A stretch of 20,000 nucleotides of DNA from an uncultured virus (IMG/VR IMGVR_UViG_3300029288_000157). Its lineage: Duplodnaviria > Heunggongvirae > Uroviricota > Caudoviricetes. Shown here in pieces: positions 1 through 8,915 of this stretch. The position numbers and the translations under genes are program-made. The notes under the pieces are model-generated. The model worked only from the letters and a program-made list of their open reading frames with translations, was not told the DNA's origin and made no database searches. The DNA lies in the IMG/VR virus record IMGVR_UViG_3300029288_000157; one strand, given 5' to 3'. Within the stretch, counting starts at the first letter, position 1, and each line of letters starts with the position of its first letter.

Positions 1-2
1 AT

Positions 3-365
3 ATAGTAGTCAACGCGGATCACTCATATCACCACGCATTTTACGTAAGTCCCATTGACGAGAATTTTTTTCATACGAATCCTCGATGCGAGGCGCTTCA
101 TTGTGGACTTGGGCTTGGGCCATATGGATTCACTCCCTGTGTGCTCGGAACGACTATGCACCGGATATTTGGATACGAAACTATTAAATCCTTGAAGGAT
201 ATTACGTATAATAGGTGTATGGAGATGTTTTCACAGTATTGCCAGCATTGTGGTTGGTACTTGGTGGATTCGGATTGTAGGGAGGAAGGAAGGATTTGGG
301 AGTATGAAAGAGGTTATATGAGTGAGACGTGGAAAAGTATGTATAAGTTAAAAGGTGCTAAATAA
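3..365 (+). CDS. Partial CDS (5' end outside window); probable C-terminal SPASM/twitch-like part of a radical SAM protein
   Basis: Frame is open from position 3: IVVNADHSYHHAFYVSPID...CEALHCGLGLGPYGFTPCVLGTTMHRIFG...YCQHCGWY. The Cys spacing and GxGxxPYGxxPC...CxxCG pattern resemble viral radical SAM C-termini. The CxxxCxxC motif is not visible in the window. Confidence 0.45.
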   Translation: MVVNADHSYHHAFYVSPIDENFFHTNPRCEALHCGLGLGPYGFTPCVLGTTMHRIFGYETIKSLKDITYNRCMEMFSQYCQHCGWYLVDSDCREEGRIWEYERGYMSETWKSMYKLKGAK

Positions 366-511
366 TGGTAGTTAAATGCTATAATTGTGTATTCAGAAAT
401 GATTGGGATGAGTGTGCAAATCATCCAGATTGTAATTTAAGATACGATGTTAGTGAATGCACATGTCATAAAACAGAACAGGAAATGGAAGAACTACTGG
501 GAGTAGAATAG
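365..511 (+). CDS. Small Cys-rich protein (48 aa), not in ORF track
   Basis: ATG overlaps the previous stop (TAATG). Translation MVVKCYNCVFRNDWDECANHPDCNLRYDVSECTCHKTEQEMEELLGVE; fills the gap to the next gene. Confidence 0.7.
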   Translation: MVVKCYNCVFRNDWDECANHPDCNLRYDVSECTCHKTEQEMEELLGVE

Positions 512-523
512 AGGTAATTAAAA

Positions 524-787
524 ATGAAAATGTTTAGATTGTTTCAGTGGTTAAAGCATTTGTTTATTGAAGAATATGATAACTATGATTACACAGTATT
601 GTCCAAATATAAGAAAGGAAAATTAGTAGTACAAGAAGATGAGGATACTGTTAATACATTGGCAACTGTTGGGTTGATACATCTTGGGCTTCATGAACAT
701 ATCGACGCTGATGGATTCATATCATATCAACAAACTGCTAAATGCACAAATTTTGGTAGAGAAATATTAAAATATATGAGGTTGTAA
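524..787 (+). CDS. Hypothetical protein (87 aa)
   Basis: ORF with GAGGT RBS at 511-515; in operon orientation. Confidence 0.65.
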   Translation: MKMFRLFQWLKHLFIEEYDNYDYTVLSKYKKGKLVVQEDEDTVNTLATVGLIHLGLHEHIDADGFISYQQTAKCTNFGREILKYMRL

Positions 788-788
788 T

Positions 789-920
789 ATGCCATTCTCT
801 GATTTTAAAGACTTCGACGAGTGTTTGAATGCGATGCTGAAGAAATATGGGAGCAAGAAAATTGCCCAGAAGGTGTGTGGAAAATTGCAGGCGATGCATG
901 AGAGGAAGAAAAAGTTATGA
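789..920 (+). CDS. Small two-Cys protein (43 aa) with MPF-x-x-F-x-DFDEC...A-x-x-x-CG motif, not in ORF track
   Basis: MPFSDFKDFDECLNAMLKKYGSKKIAQKVCGKLQAMHERKKKL; starts 1 nt after the previous stop and has an ATGA overlap with the next gene. Confidence 0.7.
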   Translation: MPFSDFKDFDECLNAMLKKYGSKKIAQKVCGKLQAMHERKKKL

Positions 921-1285
921 CAACAAAAATTGAGCCGCGAGTGGTTTCGTTTTCTCATAAGAAGAAGTTGTATAGGCAGACGAACACGTATGATGATGAA
1001 ATTGTGCATAAGTTTATGTGTTGGGATGTGGATACTGGGAGAGTAGATCCGAAGACGAAGAAGAAGGTGCAGGAAACGTATGGTATTGCAGAGAATGAGT
1101 TTAGGGATTATTTTGCGAACCCGTCTACGCACTCGGTTAAGGTGTGGGCTATGCTGAAGGGGAGTGCTGATTTCATTGCGACGCTACGGGAGTTTGTTGA
1201 TGGAGTTTCGTACGTGTATGACGTGGATAAGCAAGTCTTGGGCGTGTTTTTTCATGACGATACGAGTTGCATCTGGAGTGTATAA
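917..1285 (+). CDS. Hypothetical protein (122 aa)
   Basis: ORF coupled to the upstream gene by an ATGA overlap; no recognised motif. Confidence 0.7.
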   Translation: MTTKIEPRVVSFSHKKKLYRQTNTYDDEIVHKFMCWDVDTGRVDPKTKKKVQETYGIAENEFRDYFANPSTHSVKVWAMLKGSADFIATLREFVDGVSYVYDVDKQVLGVFFHDDTSCIWSV

Positions 1286-1287
1286 TT

Positions 1288-1893
1288 ATGGATGAAAATT
1301 TTAAATGGTGGGATGGTCAACAGGAATCTTTGGATGAAGTTGATATTTCACAAGAGGATGTTGTAGTAATTTGGACTGGAGCAAGAAGTGGGAAAACGTT
1401 GATGTCAGTTTATTGTGCGCTTAATCAGAAAAATGATGTGTGCTTTGCTGACTTTGGTAATAAACATGACGTTTTAAAAAGACATGTAGAAACGTTTAGG
1501 TTTTTTGATGAAACTGTTCATGTAGACGAGGATAAGTGCAGTATGTATTGTGATACACATTCAATTAAATTCATTTCTTATAAGAATCTATATAAGAAAA
1601 TAAAGGAAGGGGATGTGGTTATTTTACATGAAGCAGATTATGGCTTAAGGAGTGAAGATGCTTATACATTTTTAAAGTTTATTAAAGACAAAAAAGTAAA
1701 ACAAGTAATTGTATTTGCGGCAGTATATAAAAGCCCACCTACATTTACAACTAAATTACTATTGTCATGCGATTCACTAAAGTTGATAAAACATTCTACT
1801 TTTTATATGAATCCAAATATAACATCCGATTTAAATAACGCTCCATATAGACCACTATTTGAATACACAACTATAGTTACAGGTATTGATTAA
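1288..1893 (+). CDS. P-loop NTPase resembling a terminase large subunit ATPase domain (degenerate, no nuclease domain)
   Basis: Walker A-like VVIWTGARSGKT, Walker B-like VVILHEADY and terminase-like STFYMNPNI near the C-terminus. Likely start is the ATG at 1288. Confidence 0.5.
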   Translation: MDENFKWWDGQQESLDEVDISQEDVVVIWTGARSGKTLMSVYCALNQKNDVCFADFGNKHDVLKRHVETFRFFDETVHVDEDKCSMYCDTHSIKFISYKNLYKKIKEGDVVILHEADYGLRSEDAYTFLKFIKDKKVKQVIVFAAVYKSPPTFTTKLLLSCDSLKLIKHSTFYMNPNITSDLNNAPYRPLFEYTTIVTGID

Positions 1894-2547
1894 ATGGAAC
1901 TAATTAAGACTTCTACATTGAGCAGGGCGTATCTTGAGGCGTATGCGTATGTTATGTGGAAACACCGGATAGTTGAGACTGAAGACAATGAGTTGACGTA
2001 TGAATCGGGGCCGTTGACGGTGGTGGTTAGTTATCCTAATGAAGATAAGGAGCATTTGAAACTGGTGTCGCCTTATGAGGACAATTTTATGAAGTCGTAT
2101 GAGGATCAGTTGATCAATGGGACTGCTAGTGAGTTTGACTACACGTATAATGAGAGGTTATTTAACTATCAGGAAGTGGTTAACCAAGTTGAGTCGATGA
2201 TTGGTAAGATTAGTAAGGAGGCGTATACAAGACGCGCGGTTGCTACGACTTGGTATCCCTATCACGATAACTTTGAAAACAATTCGGTGCCCTGTCTTCA
2301 GTATGTGCAGTGCAAATTCATGAATGGGTATCTGAATATGGTTACGCTGTGGAGGAGCAGGGATATTTTGATGGGAATGCCTGCTAACATGTATGCTATG
2401 AACACCCTACACAATTATATGGTGGGAGAGTTAAGACGTAGAGGCATCAATGCGCAGGTTGGAAGTTACACTGACATTTCTATTGTGCCGCATATCTACT
2501 TTAAAAGGGATGCTAACTATATGAGAGCGATGGAGAATAAATATTGA
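1894..2547 (+). CDS. thyA: Thymidylate synthase, archaeal ThyA type
   Basis: Motifs FDYTYNERL, TRRAV, catalytic PCLQ, RSRD...PAN (dUMP-specifying Asn) and HIY. Confidence 0.9.
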   Translation: MELIKTSTLSRAYLEAYAYVMWKHRIVETEDNELTYESGPLTVVVSYPNEDKEHLKLVSPYEDNFMKSYEDQLINGTASEFDYTYNERLFNYQEVVNQVESMIGKISKEAYTRRAVATTWYPYHDNFENNSVPCLQYVQCKFMNGYLNMVTLWRSRDILMGMPANMYAMNTLHNYMVGELRRRGINAQVGSYTDISIVPHIYFKRDANYMRAMENKY

Positions 2548-2669
2548 AGATCAAATGCAAAGTGTGTGGTAATAAAAAGGTGTATATTGCTGGAAAGGGA
2601 TTTGTGTGTTTGTATTGCGAGGGAGTGAAGAGACGAAATGAAGAAAATAGCATCGTTGAAAAACTTTAG
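2544..2669 (+). CDS. Small zinc-ribbon protein (41 aa, TTG start), not in ORF track
   Basis: MKIKCKVCGNKKVYIAGKGFVCLYCEGVKRRNEENSIVEKL; CxxC-x13-CxxC. TTGA overlap with the thyA stop and GGAG upstream. Confidence 0.55.
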   Translation: MKIKCKVCGNKKVYIAGKGFVCLYCEGVKRRNEENSIVEKL

Positions 2670-3333
2670 TCTGATTTATGATACTTGTAAGGAGATATTG
2701 GCTGAGATTAAGTTTGACTTCAGGAAAGAAGAGTTGTATATATTGGGGTGGTCATCCGATAGGACACTCCAAATGGAAATTTATTGTCCTGTTGATGTGG
2801 AAACCCAAAAGATGTTTATTATTGACAGGGAAGTATTTAGAAAATTTAATTTTGCTGATGTAGACTTTTTTGATGATCCGAATTATGTGATTGTAAGACA
2901 TGAAACCATGGAGGGTCAACTTCGACCAAATGATCCTAGAACAAGCACCCTTATGACGCGACCAGCGTTAAAAGTTAAATGGGATCAGTGGAATCTTCAT
3001 GAAGTTAAGTTTACTGTAGATGAACTGAAAAAGTTGATGAATCTTATTAAGGGAGAAATTACAGCCATTGATTTTGTTATCAAAGACGGTAAAATGACCA
3101 TGGGACTGCACATTTCAGAGTCGAAGTTTTCCATATTCAAGGAGGATATTGATCCGAAGATTGACTGCACGGTTACTATCTCGACTGATTTGTTAGCCGA
3201 TGGGTTGAAGACGTATAGTAAATTTAAGGAGTTTACGATGTTTATTGGGTCTGATGTGCCATTGCTGGTGCAGATGAGCAATGACGAGTTGAAGGTTGAT
3301 ATCCTGATTGCGCCGCGTATAGAGGCGAAGTAA
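2638..3333 (+). CDS. pcn: PCNA-like DNA sliding clamp
   Basis: About 230 aa. C-terminal GSDVPL...ILIAPRIE is typical of archaeal PCNA, and N-terminal EIKFDFRKEELYI matches the clamp pattern. Confidence 0.8.
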   Translation: MKKIASLKNFSLIYDTCKEILAEIKFDFRKEELYILGWSSDRTLQMEIYCPVDVETQKMFIIDREVFRKFNFADVDFFDDPNYVIVRHETMEGQLRPNDPRTSTLMTRPALKVKWDQWNLHEVKFTVDELKKLMNLIKGEITAIDFVIKDGKMTMGLHISESKFSIFKEDIDPKIDCTVTISTDLLADGLKTYSKFKEFTMFIGSDVPLLVQMSNDELKVDILIAPRIEAK

Positions 3334-3347
3334 GTTAAGGTGATTTT

Positions 3348-5948
3348 TTGACAGACGATATAGTAGAAAACATATTGAAGGAACGGTATTATCAGCCGGG
3401 TGAAACTTGTTGGGAAGACATCGCAAAGAGAGTAGGCAATTTTATTGGTGATGGTAAAGAAGAAAGAGAAACGTTCGTTGAATTAATTCAGAAGAAATAT
3501 ATTATTCCTGCAAGTCCGTTTTTAATGAATGCTGGAACTAATACTCCCCAATTATTTAGTTGTTTCGTGTTGCCAATAGAGGATAACATAGGAAGTATAT
3601 TCAAGTTTTATGCTGACGCCGCTACGGTCTTCAAGTTCTCGGGAGGAGTTGGTGCTTCATGGAGTGCTCTTCGACCAAAAGGAGCACCATTGTCAGGAGG
3701 AGGTGTAACTTCTGGAGTTTTATCATTCTTAAATATATATAATGAACTAATTGAAACTGTGTCCCAAGGAGGCAAGAAAAAGGGAGCCTCTATATGCCTT
3801 CTTGACATTGAACACCCAGAATGTAAATACTTTATCAGGTCAAAATTAATTGAGGGTCGGTTTAAAAACTTCAATATATCACCAGTTGTTACTGATGAAT
3901 TCATGAACAGAGTAATGAATGCGGAACAAACCGCTACTGAACTATTTGATTTGGTAGTTGATTGTACTTATAATTCATCGGAGCCTGGTCTATTATTCAT
4001 TGATACTATTAATAAAGATTGTTCAACTCCAGATCTCGGTGATTACGAAGCAGTGAATCCATGTATAAATGGACATACTTGTATTGTAATAAAAGAAGAT
4101 GCCAAAATAAATGTTGTTTTAATTAAAGATGTGGTTGATAAAGAAATAACTATTTGGAATGGATTTGAGTGGTCTAAAGTTACTCCTAAAATCACTGGTT
4201 ACAATAAGCAAATGGCTAACGTAACTATTAGATCTCGACAAGATGGATGGGTAACTACGTCATCAGTGAGATGCACTTTAAATCACCATTGGGTTATGGA
4301 AGATGGTAAGCGATTAAAAACCACTGAATTGAAACCCAGTTTTGAGTTGAGAAGTTGGTTAAGTCCTACTGATCCGAGAAGTGTTATTTATGGAACAGTT
4401 GAAAATGTAGAGATAGTGGATGGTGATATCGACGAAGTTGTTTATTGTCTTGAGGAACCAAAGTCTCATAGTTTTGTCGCAAATGGAATTCTAACAGGAA
4501 ATTGTGGAGAACGCCCCTTGTTTCCTTATGAGTCGTGTTGTTTAACTGCAATTGTAGTGCCAAAGTTTATCGTGGATGGTAAAGTTGATTATATAAATTT
4601 AGCAGATGTAGTAAGAGAGACTGTTAGATTCCTAGATAACTCGATGGATAAGAACTATTACCCAATTCCAGAAATACGAGAAGCAACCCTTAAGACACGA
4701 AGACTTGGCGCATACATCACCGGGTTTGCTGATGCATTGATAATGATGGGAATTAGATATGGATCTATAGAATCTATTAAGTTTATAGATGATGTATGGG
4801 GATTCATTAACGAAATTGCATGGCATGAATCGGTTCATTTGGGTATAGAAAAAGGAGTATTCCCTGCTTATTATACCAGAGATCCAGAAATAGTCCCAGA
4901 CGATGCTCGAAATGCGGCAGTAACATGTTTAGCACCATCGGGCACTACTAGTATATTTGCTGGTGTAAATTGGGGGATAGAACCAGTATATTCATTTGCA
5001 CAGCGGAGATCAGAAGGAGCGGGTCAAGGATTCCAAGTATTTTATCTGTTTGAAGAAATGCTTGATAAGTATTATCCTGATAAGAAATCAAAAATAATAG
5101 ACCATTGTGCGAAGTATGGGACAATTCAAGATATCCCGTACATAACAGATGAGATTAAGAATGTGTTTGTAACTGCACATGATCTTACATATAAAGATCA
5201 CATTGATGTGCAAGCAGCATTTCAAAAACATTGTAGAGATGGGAGTATAAGTAAGACTATTTCATTACCAAAGACTGCAACTAAAGATGATATAAGAAAT
5301 GCTTACATTTACGCATGGGAATCTGGATGCAAAGGTGTTACATTCTATAGGGAAGGTACTAGGAAAGGAGTTTATCAATTAGATCAGGAAGAAAACGATC
5401 AAGTTATCGAGATAAAAAATCCAGTTAAGTATAAATTAGTAACAAACCCAACTGGAAGAATTTTACCAAAAACTCCTCGTGAAGTTCCATCTATTACTTA
5501 CAAGAGAAATACAGGTTGCGGAAAGATGATGATATCCATAGGAGAGGTTAACGGAAGACCACATACCATTATCATAAAAAATAAAGGAGGATGTGATGCG
5601 ATGACACAGGCACTATCAGAATTGACCTCTCTAAACGAACGCTACGAAGTTCCACAATGGAACATTAATAAAGTCTTGATGGGAATACGATGTTCTGCAG
5701 CAATGAAAAATCCAAATTCAGATGGAAAATCATGTGCAGAAATACTTGGAAGAATACTGAATGATTTCTATCCCCATGAAGATGAACCACCTAAAGATGA
5801 TGAAGAACCACCAAAAGCAACTTCCCCTACAATAACAATAGATTACATAGAATCTTCACCATTAAAATGTCCTAAATGTGGAGAAACTCTAATAATGGCA
5901 GAAGGCTGTATGACTTGCAAAAATTGCTCGTATTCGAAGTGTAATTAG
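3348..5948 (+). CDS. nrdJ: Class II (adenosylcobalamin-dependent) ribonucleotide reductase with intein, C-terminal TSCPD-like domain and zinc ribbon
   Basis: PASPFLMNAG, FSCFVL, SGGVG, EPGLLFID, NP|CGE, APSGTTS, ISKTI, GCKGVTFYR, TGCGK, KSCAE and CPKCG...EGCMTCKNCSYSKC. No ATP cone. GGTGA RBS before the TTG start. Confidence 0.93.
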   Translation: MTDDIVENILKERYYQPGETCWEDIAKRVGNFIGDGKEERETFVELIQKKYIIPASPFLMNAGTNTPQLFSCFVLPIEDNIGSIFKFYADAATVFKFSGGVGASWSALRPKGAPLSGGGVTSGVLSFLNIYNELIETVSQGGKKKGASICLLDIEHPECKYFIRSKLIEGRFKNFNISPVVTDEFMNRVMNAEQTATELFDLVVDCTYNSSEPGLLFIDTINKDCSTPDLGDYEAVNPCINGHTCIVIKEDAKINVVLIKDVVDKEITIWNGFEWSKVTPKITGYNKQMANVTIRSRQDGWVTTSSVRCTLNHHWVMEDGKRLKTTELKPSFELRSWLSPTDPRSVIYGTVENVEIVDGDIDEVVYCLEEPKSHSFVANGILTGNCGERPLFPYESCCLTAIVVPKFIVDGKVDYINLADVVRETVRFLDNSMDKNYYPIPEIREATLKTRRLGAYITGFADALIMMGIRYGSIESIKFIDDVWGFINEIAWHESVHLGIEKGVFPAYYTRDPEIVPDDARNAAVTCLAPSGTTSIFAGVNWGIEPVYSFAQRRSEGAGQGFQVFYLFEEMLDKYYPDKKSKIIDHCAKYGTIQDIPYITDEIKNVFVTAHDLTYKDHIDVQAAFQKHCRDGSISKTISLPKTATKDDIRNAYIYAWESGCKGVTFYREGTRKGVYQLDQEENDQVIEIKNPVKYKLVTNPTGRILPKTPREVPSITYKRNTGCGKMMISIGEVNGRPHTIIIKNKGGCDAMTQALSELTSLNERYEVPQWNINKVLMGIRCSAAMKNPNSDGKSCAEILGRILNDFYPHEDEPPKDDEEPPKATSPTITIDYIESSPLKCPKCGETLIMAEGCMTCKNCSYSKCN
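4062..4502 (+). mobile_element. Mini-intein (147 aa, no homing endonuclease) at the RNR active-site NP/CGE position
   Basis: Begins CINGHT, block B CTLNHHW, block F VYCLEEPKSHSFVANG, ends LTGN before +1 Cys. Removal restores NPCGERPL. Confidence 0.9.
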
Positions 5949-5957
5949 GTTGTTTAT

Positions 5958-6752
5958 ATGGAATTAAACCACGTTTATTGCACAGACTGTATCACCGGGA
6001 TGCAGCAACTTGAAAAGAAATCAGTTGATGTCATAGTCACATCACCTCCATACAACATTGGAGTAAAATACAATGTGTATGATGATAACTTAAACATATG
6101 GGATTATTTATCAAACATAAATCTCATGTTTATGATGGCAGAAAAAGTGTTGAAAGACAATGGTTCATTCTTTTTTAACATTGGATTTACTTCAAAAAAC
6201 CCATTGTTTCCATTTCAAATAGTTCAAACATGTTACCCACGATTTAAGATACAAAACACTATCATGTGGGTAAAATCAATTGCCCTACTAAAAGAAGACA
6301 TTATTAACAAAAACGTAACTGGAGACGCAGTGATCGGCCACTATAAACCCATAAATAGTGATAGGTATCACCATAATTGTTTTGAATATATATTCCACCT
6401 CACAAAGTCAGGAGATGTTAAATTAAACAAAAAAGCAACTGGAGTTCCTTATACTGACAAATCAAACATAAACAGGTTCAACCAAGAATCAGATAAACAT
6501 GATCGTGGTAATGTATGGTTCATTCCCTACGAGACCAAACAGAAAAGTGATGCTCATCCAAGTCAATTTCCAATCAAGTTAGCAGAAATGTGTATCCTTG
6601 ATCATGGAACTGGAGGAGTTGTTCTTGACCCATATGTTGGTGTAGGAAATTCTATGTTAGCAGCAAAGAAATTGGGCTGCAAGTATATTGGGTTTGACAT
6701 TGACAATGCATATGTTGAAATAGCAAATCAACGACTAGATGCTAACATTTAA
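5958..6752 (+). CDS. Amino-DNA methyltransferase, beta class (probably N4-methylcytosine)
   Basis: Motif IV TSPPY at the N-terminus, HPSQFP, and motif I VLDPYVGVG...IGFDI at the C-terminus. Confidence 0.9.
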   Translation: MELNHVYCTDCITGMQQLEKKSVDVIVTSPPYNIGVKYNVYDDNLNIWDYLSNINLMFMMAEKVLKDNGSFFFNIGFTSKNPLFPFQIVQTCYPRFKIQNTIMWVKSIALLKEDIINKNVTGDAVIGHYKPINSDRYHHNCFEYIFHLTKSGDVKLNKKATGVPYTDKSNINRFNQESDKHDRGNVWFIPYETKQKSDAHPSQFPIKLAEMCILDHGTGGVVLDPYVGVGNSMLAAKKLGCKYIGFDIDNAYVEIANQRLDANI

Positions 6753-6755
6753 ATA
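6735..6755 (+). promoter_or_regulatory. Archaeal TATA box TTTAAATA (6748-6755) preceded by CTAG-N3-CTAACA
   Basis: Box ends 23 nt before ATG 6779, with no RBS, which fits leaderless spacing. Confidence 0.55.
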
Positions 6756-6778
6756 CTCCCAAACCAAACCTTTATACC

Positions 6779-7477
6779 ATGCGAATTGCTGGAACATGGG
6801 AAACACCCGTGGGATTTAACTTCCACATCCTTTTTAAACGTAAACTTCGAGACATAATTGAGTCAGATCCTGATGCCATTGGAAAGAATCTCTTGTGGCT
6901 CAACGACGCCGACTTTGACAGACGATTGGCAAAGCACGAGAAGGGCGATGCTATCATTATCAACGAAGAGTTCATACTGAAAATTGCCGAGAACTATCGT
7001 GCTGAACTAAAGCATCTTCGACCTGATGAGGATCTCAATCCAAATCTCGATAAGTTGATAGATTTCTTTGTGGCTCTTGATCTCAATGACACTGCTTATT
7101 ACGAACGAATAGGAGGCATCATCACCTACATCGTCTTACATCCCGAAGAATTTGCCAACAAAGACGGCATTCTAGACGTCCATGCTGACTTCACCAAGCA
7201 GATACAGAACATATGGGATTGGTGGAAACTTAATGACAAGCGTGACCGCACTAAAACCTGGATAAACTGGGGATTCCGTTTCCTCATGCACAAATACAAG
7301 TCCGAAAAGAAACTACCGCAACGCAAACAGTTCTGGCGCACCTCGATTAACATCTGCCTCATCTTCATCGTGGCCAACCACAAGAACTGGAAAGTAATCG
7401 ATGCCTACAACCCCAACAACTGGTTCGGCAAGTACAAAGGCTCTCAAATCATGGCATTCTACGGAGGAGACTTCTAA
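6779..7477 (+). CDS. Hypothetical aromatic-rich helical protein (232 aa)
   Basis: Long ORF downstream of a TATA box, with C-ending codon bias; no family recognised. Confidence 0.75.
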   Translation: MRIAGTWETPVGFNFHILFKRKLRDIIESDPDAIGKNLLWLNDADFDRRLAKHEKGDAIIINEEFILKIAENYRAELKHLRPDEDLNPNLDKLIDFFVALDLNDTAYYERIGGIITYIVLHPEEFANKDGILDVHADFTKQIQNIWDWWKLNDKRDRTKTWINWGFRFLMHKYKSEKKLPQRKQFWRTSINICLIFIVANHKNWKVIDAYNPNNWFGKYKGSQIMAFYGGDF

Positions 7478-7478
7478 A

Positions 7479-8036
7479 ATGGACGAAAAAGAGTATAAAC
7501 CCGACGAATTCATAAAAGAACGAGTAGCAGAAAAAGACCCGGTAACAGCCTTCCTCAAAAGCCTGCAATTCGAATCAACCCTCTTTCAGGAACTCGACGA
7601 CTGCTCGTGGAACCAGGAAAAATACAGTAAATACTTTGTCTTCCCTGAACTCTTCAGCATACGAAACGCCATTGGCTTAACTCAAACCTTCGATCCAGAT
7701 CGTGAGTCAGACGAGCACAAAGCCTTTATCAACCTCATGACGTGGATGATGATCAAAGTTGCCACTCATCCGTACTGGCACCAGAAGTTCGGTTGGTTCA
7801 TTCGATTCATGGCAGGGCACACCGTCGCCGGAAGTTACTGGCCCATCAAGTTCTCTCCATTCTTCATTGTAAACAACTGGAAATCCATGCATGATGACTG
7901 GTCAGTAAGAGAACAGAATGACAAGGCACTCAACTCCTTTGAGGACACCTTCAAGTGGAGCACCAACGAGTCCCGGTTAGAAGAGTTGGTTAAGAACACC
8001 AGCAAAGAATGGGTATTAGAGCAACTAAACAAGTAG
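7479..8036 (+). CDS. Hypothetical aromatic-rich protein (185 aa; start revised to MDEKEY)
   Basis: ATG 1 nt after the upstream stop, with a GGAGGAG RBS. Confidence 0.75.
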   Translation: MDEKEYKPDEFIKERVAEKDPVTAFLKSLQFESTLFQELDDCSWNQEKYSKYFVFPELFSIRNAIGLTQTFDPDRESDEHKAFINLMTWMMIKVATHPYWHQKFGWFIRFMAGHTVAGSYWPIKFSPFFIVNNWKSMHDDWSVREQNDKALNSFEDTFKWSTNESRLEELVKNTSKEWVLEQLNK

Positions 8037-8046
8037 GAACATTGCA

Positions 8047-8229
8047 ATGAATCTGGAAGAGTTAAAAGTAGTATCTGATCCAAAGATACTCGAACTATTA
8101 GGAAAACTCGAAGAGTTCATTGATGAGTATGATGATACTCATTATCTTTCTTACGGTTCCAGATTCCCATTTACAGAAGTAAGGCGTTGTTTTCATCATA
8201 AAGATTTTTGCCACTACAGAGGGATATAA
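8047..8229 (+). CDS. Small hypothetical protein (60 aa)
   Basis: Fills the gap in the operon; AGGA upstream. Confidence 0.5.
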   Translation: MNLEELKVVSDPKILELLGKLEEFIDEYDDTHYLSYGSRFPFTEVRRCFHHKDFCHYRGI

Positions 8230-8867
8230 TTCAGATAATCATAGACTCAAGGGAACCGGCGTGGATCAAGGACTGGCTCCCTAAACAATTTCCCGATATA
8301 ACCTTCACTGTCAAGACCCTCATTGAAGGCGACTACTGCAGTACAAGGGTCATAGTCGAACGAAAGAAGATCGGTGACTTGGACGGCTCAATTAAGGGGC
8401 GTCTTCACGATCAAATTTCACGGCTCTGCACACACCACTCTGATAAACTGGTTATCTTGGGTATCAGTGGATCGGTGGAGGACTACATTATGGACATGGA
8501 GAGAAAGAAGCCCTTCGTGAAAGTGGACGAGGAACTTCTCCATAAGACGGTGGCATCTGTTCTAGTGCGTGACGACATCCGGGTCGTATGGAACTACCAT
8601 GATAAGAAACTACTCAAAGAGATTGTTTACATTATTAAGGCAGTTAACGAGGATAAACTCGATGTGCCACACATTCGTAACTGTGATATGCTCATGGCGC
8701 GGCTCCTCAACATCTCAAAGGATCAGTATTACCAGATAAAGGAAACCTATGGCACTTCCCTGTGTTATCTTTGTAAGTTAACCAAAAAACAATGGATGCA
8801 AGTGAAGGGTATCGGCGCTAAAAAGGCTGATTACCTCGTAGATTTTTTTCAGAATGGTTGGACATGA
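8208..8867 (+). CDS. ERCC4/XPF-family structure-specific endonuclease with C-terminal HhH
   Basis: IIIDSREP, EGDY, VERKKxxDLxxSI, GRLxDQxxRL and HhH VKGIGAKKA. Confidence 0.88.
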   Translation: MPLQRDIIQIIIDSREPAWIKDWLPKQFPDITFTVKTLIEGDYCSTRVIVERKKIGDLDGSIKGRLHDQISRLCTHHSDKLVILGISGSVEDYIMDMERKKPFVKVDEELLHKTVASVLVRDDIRVVWNYHDKKLLKEIVYIIKAVNEDKLDVPHIRNCDMLMARLLNISKDQYYQIKETYGTSLCYLCKLTKKQWMQVKGIGAKKADYLVDFFQNGWT

Positions 8868-8876
8868 ACCCACCCA

Positions 8877-8892
8877 TTTAAATATTGTCAAC
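8877..8892 (+). promoter_or_regulatory. TATA box TTTAAATA followed by TTGTCAAC
   Basis: Intergenic, 31 nt before TTG 8916; AAGGTG RBS follows. Confidence 0.5.
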
Positions 8893-8915
8893 TCCAATTA
8901 AGTTAAGGTGTTTCA

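Noticed and set aside
1894..2547. dCMP hydroxymethylase
   Set aside because: The specificity position after RSxD is Asn (PAN), not the Asp of dCMP-acting enzymes.
5958..8036. Type II restriction-modification pair (methyltransferase plus downstream gene)
   Set aside because: The downstream proteins show no PD-(D/E)xK, HNH or GIY-YIG motif that I can identify, and they have a separate promoter.
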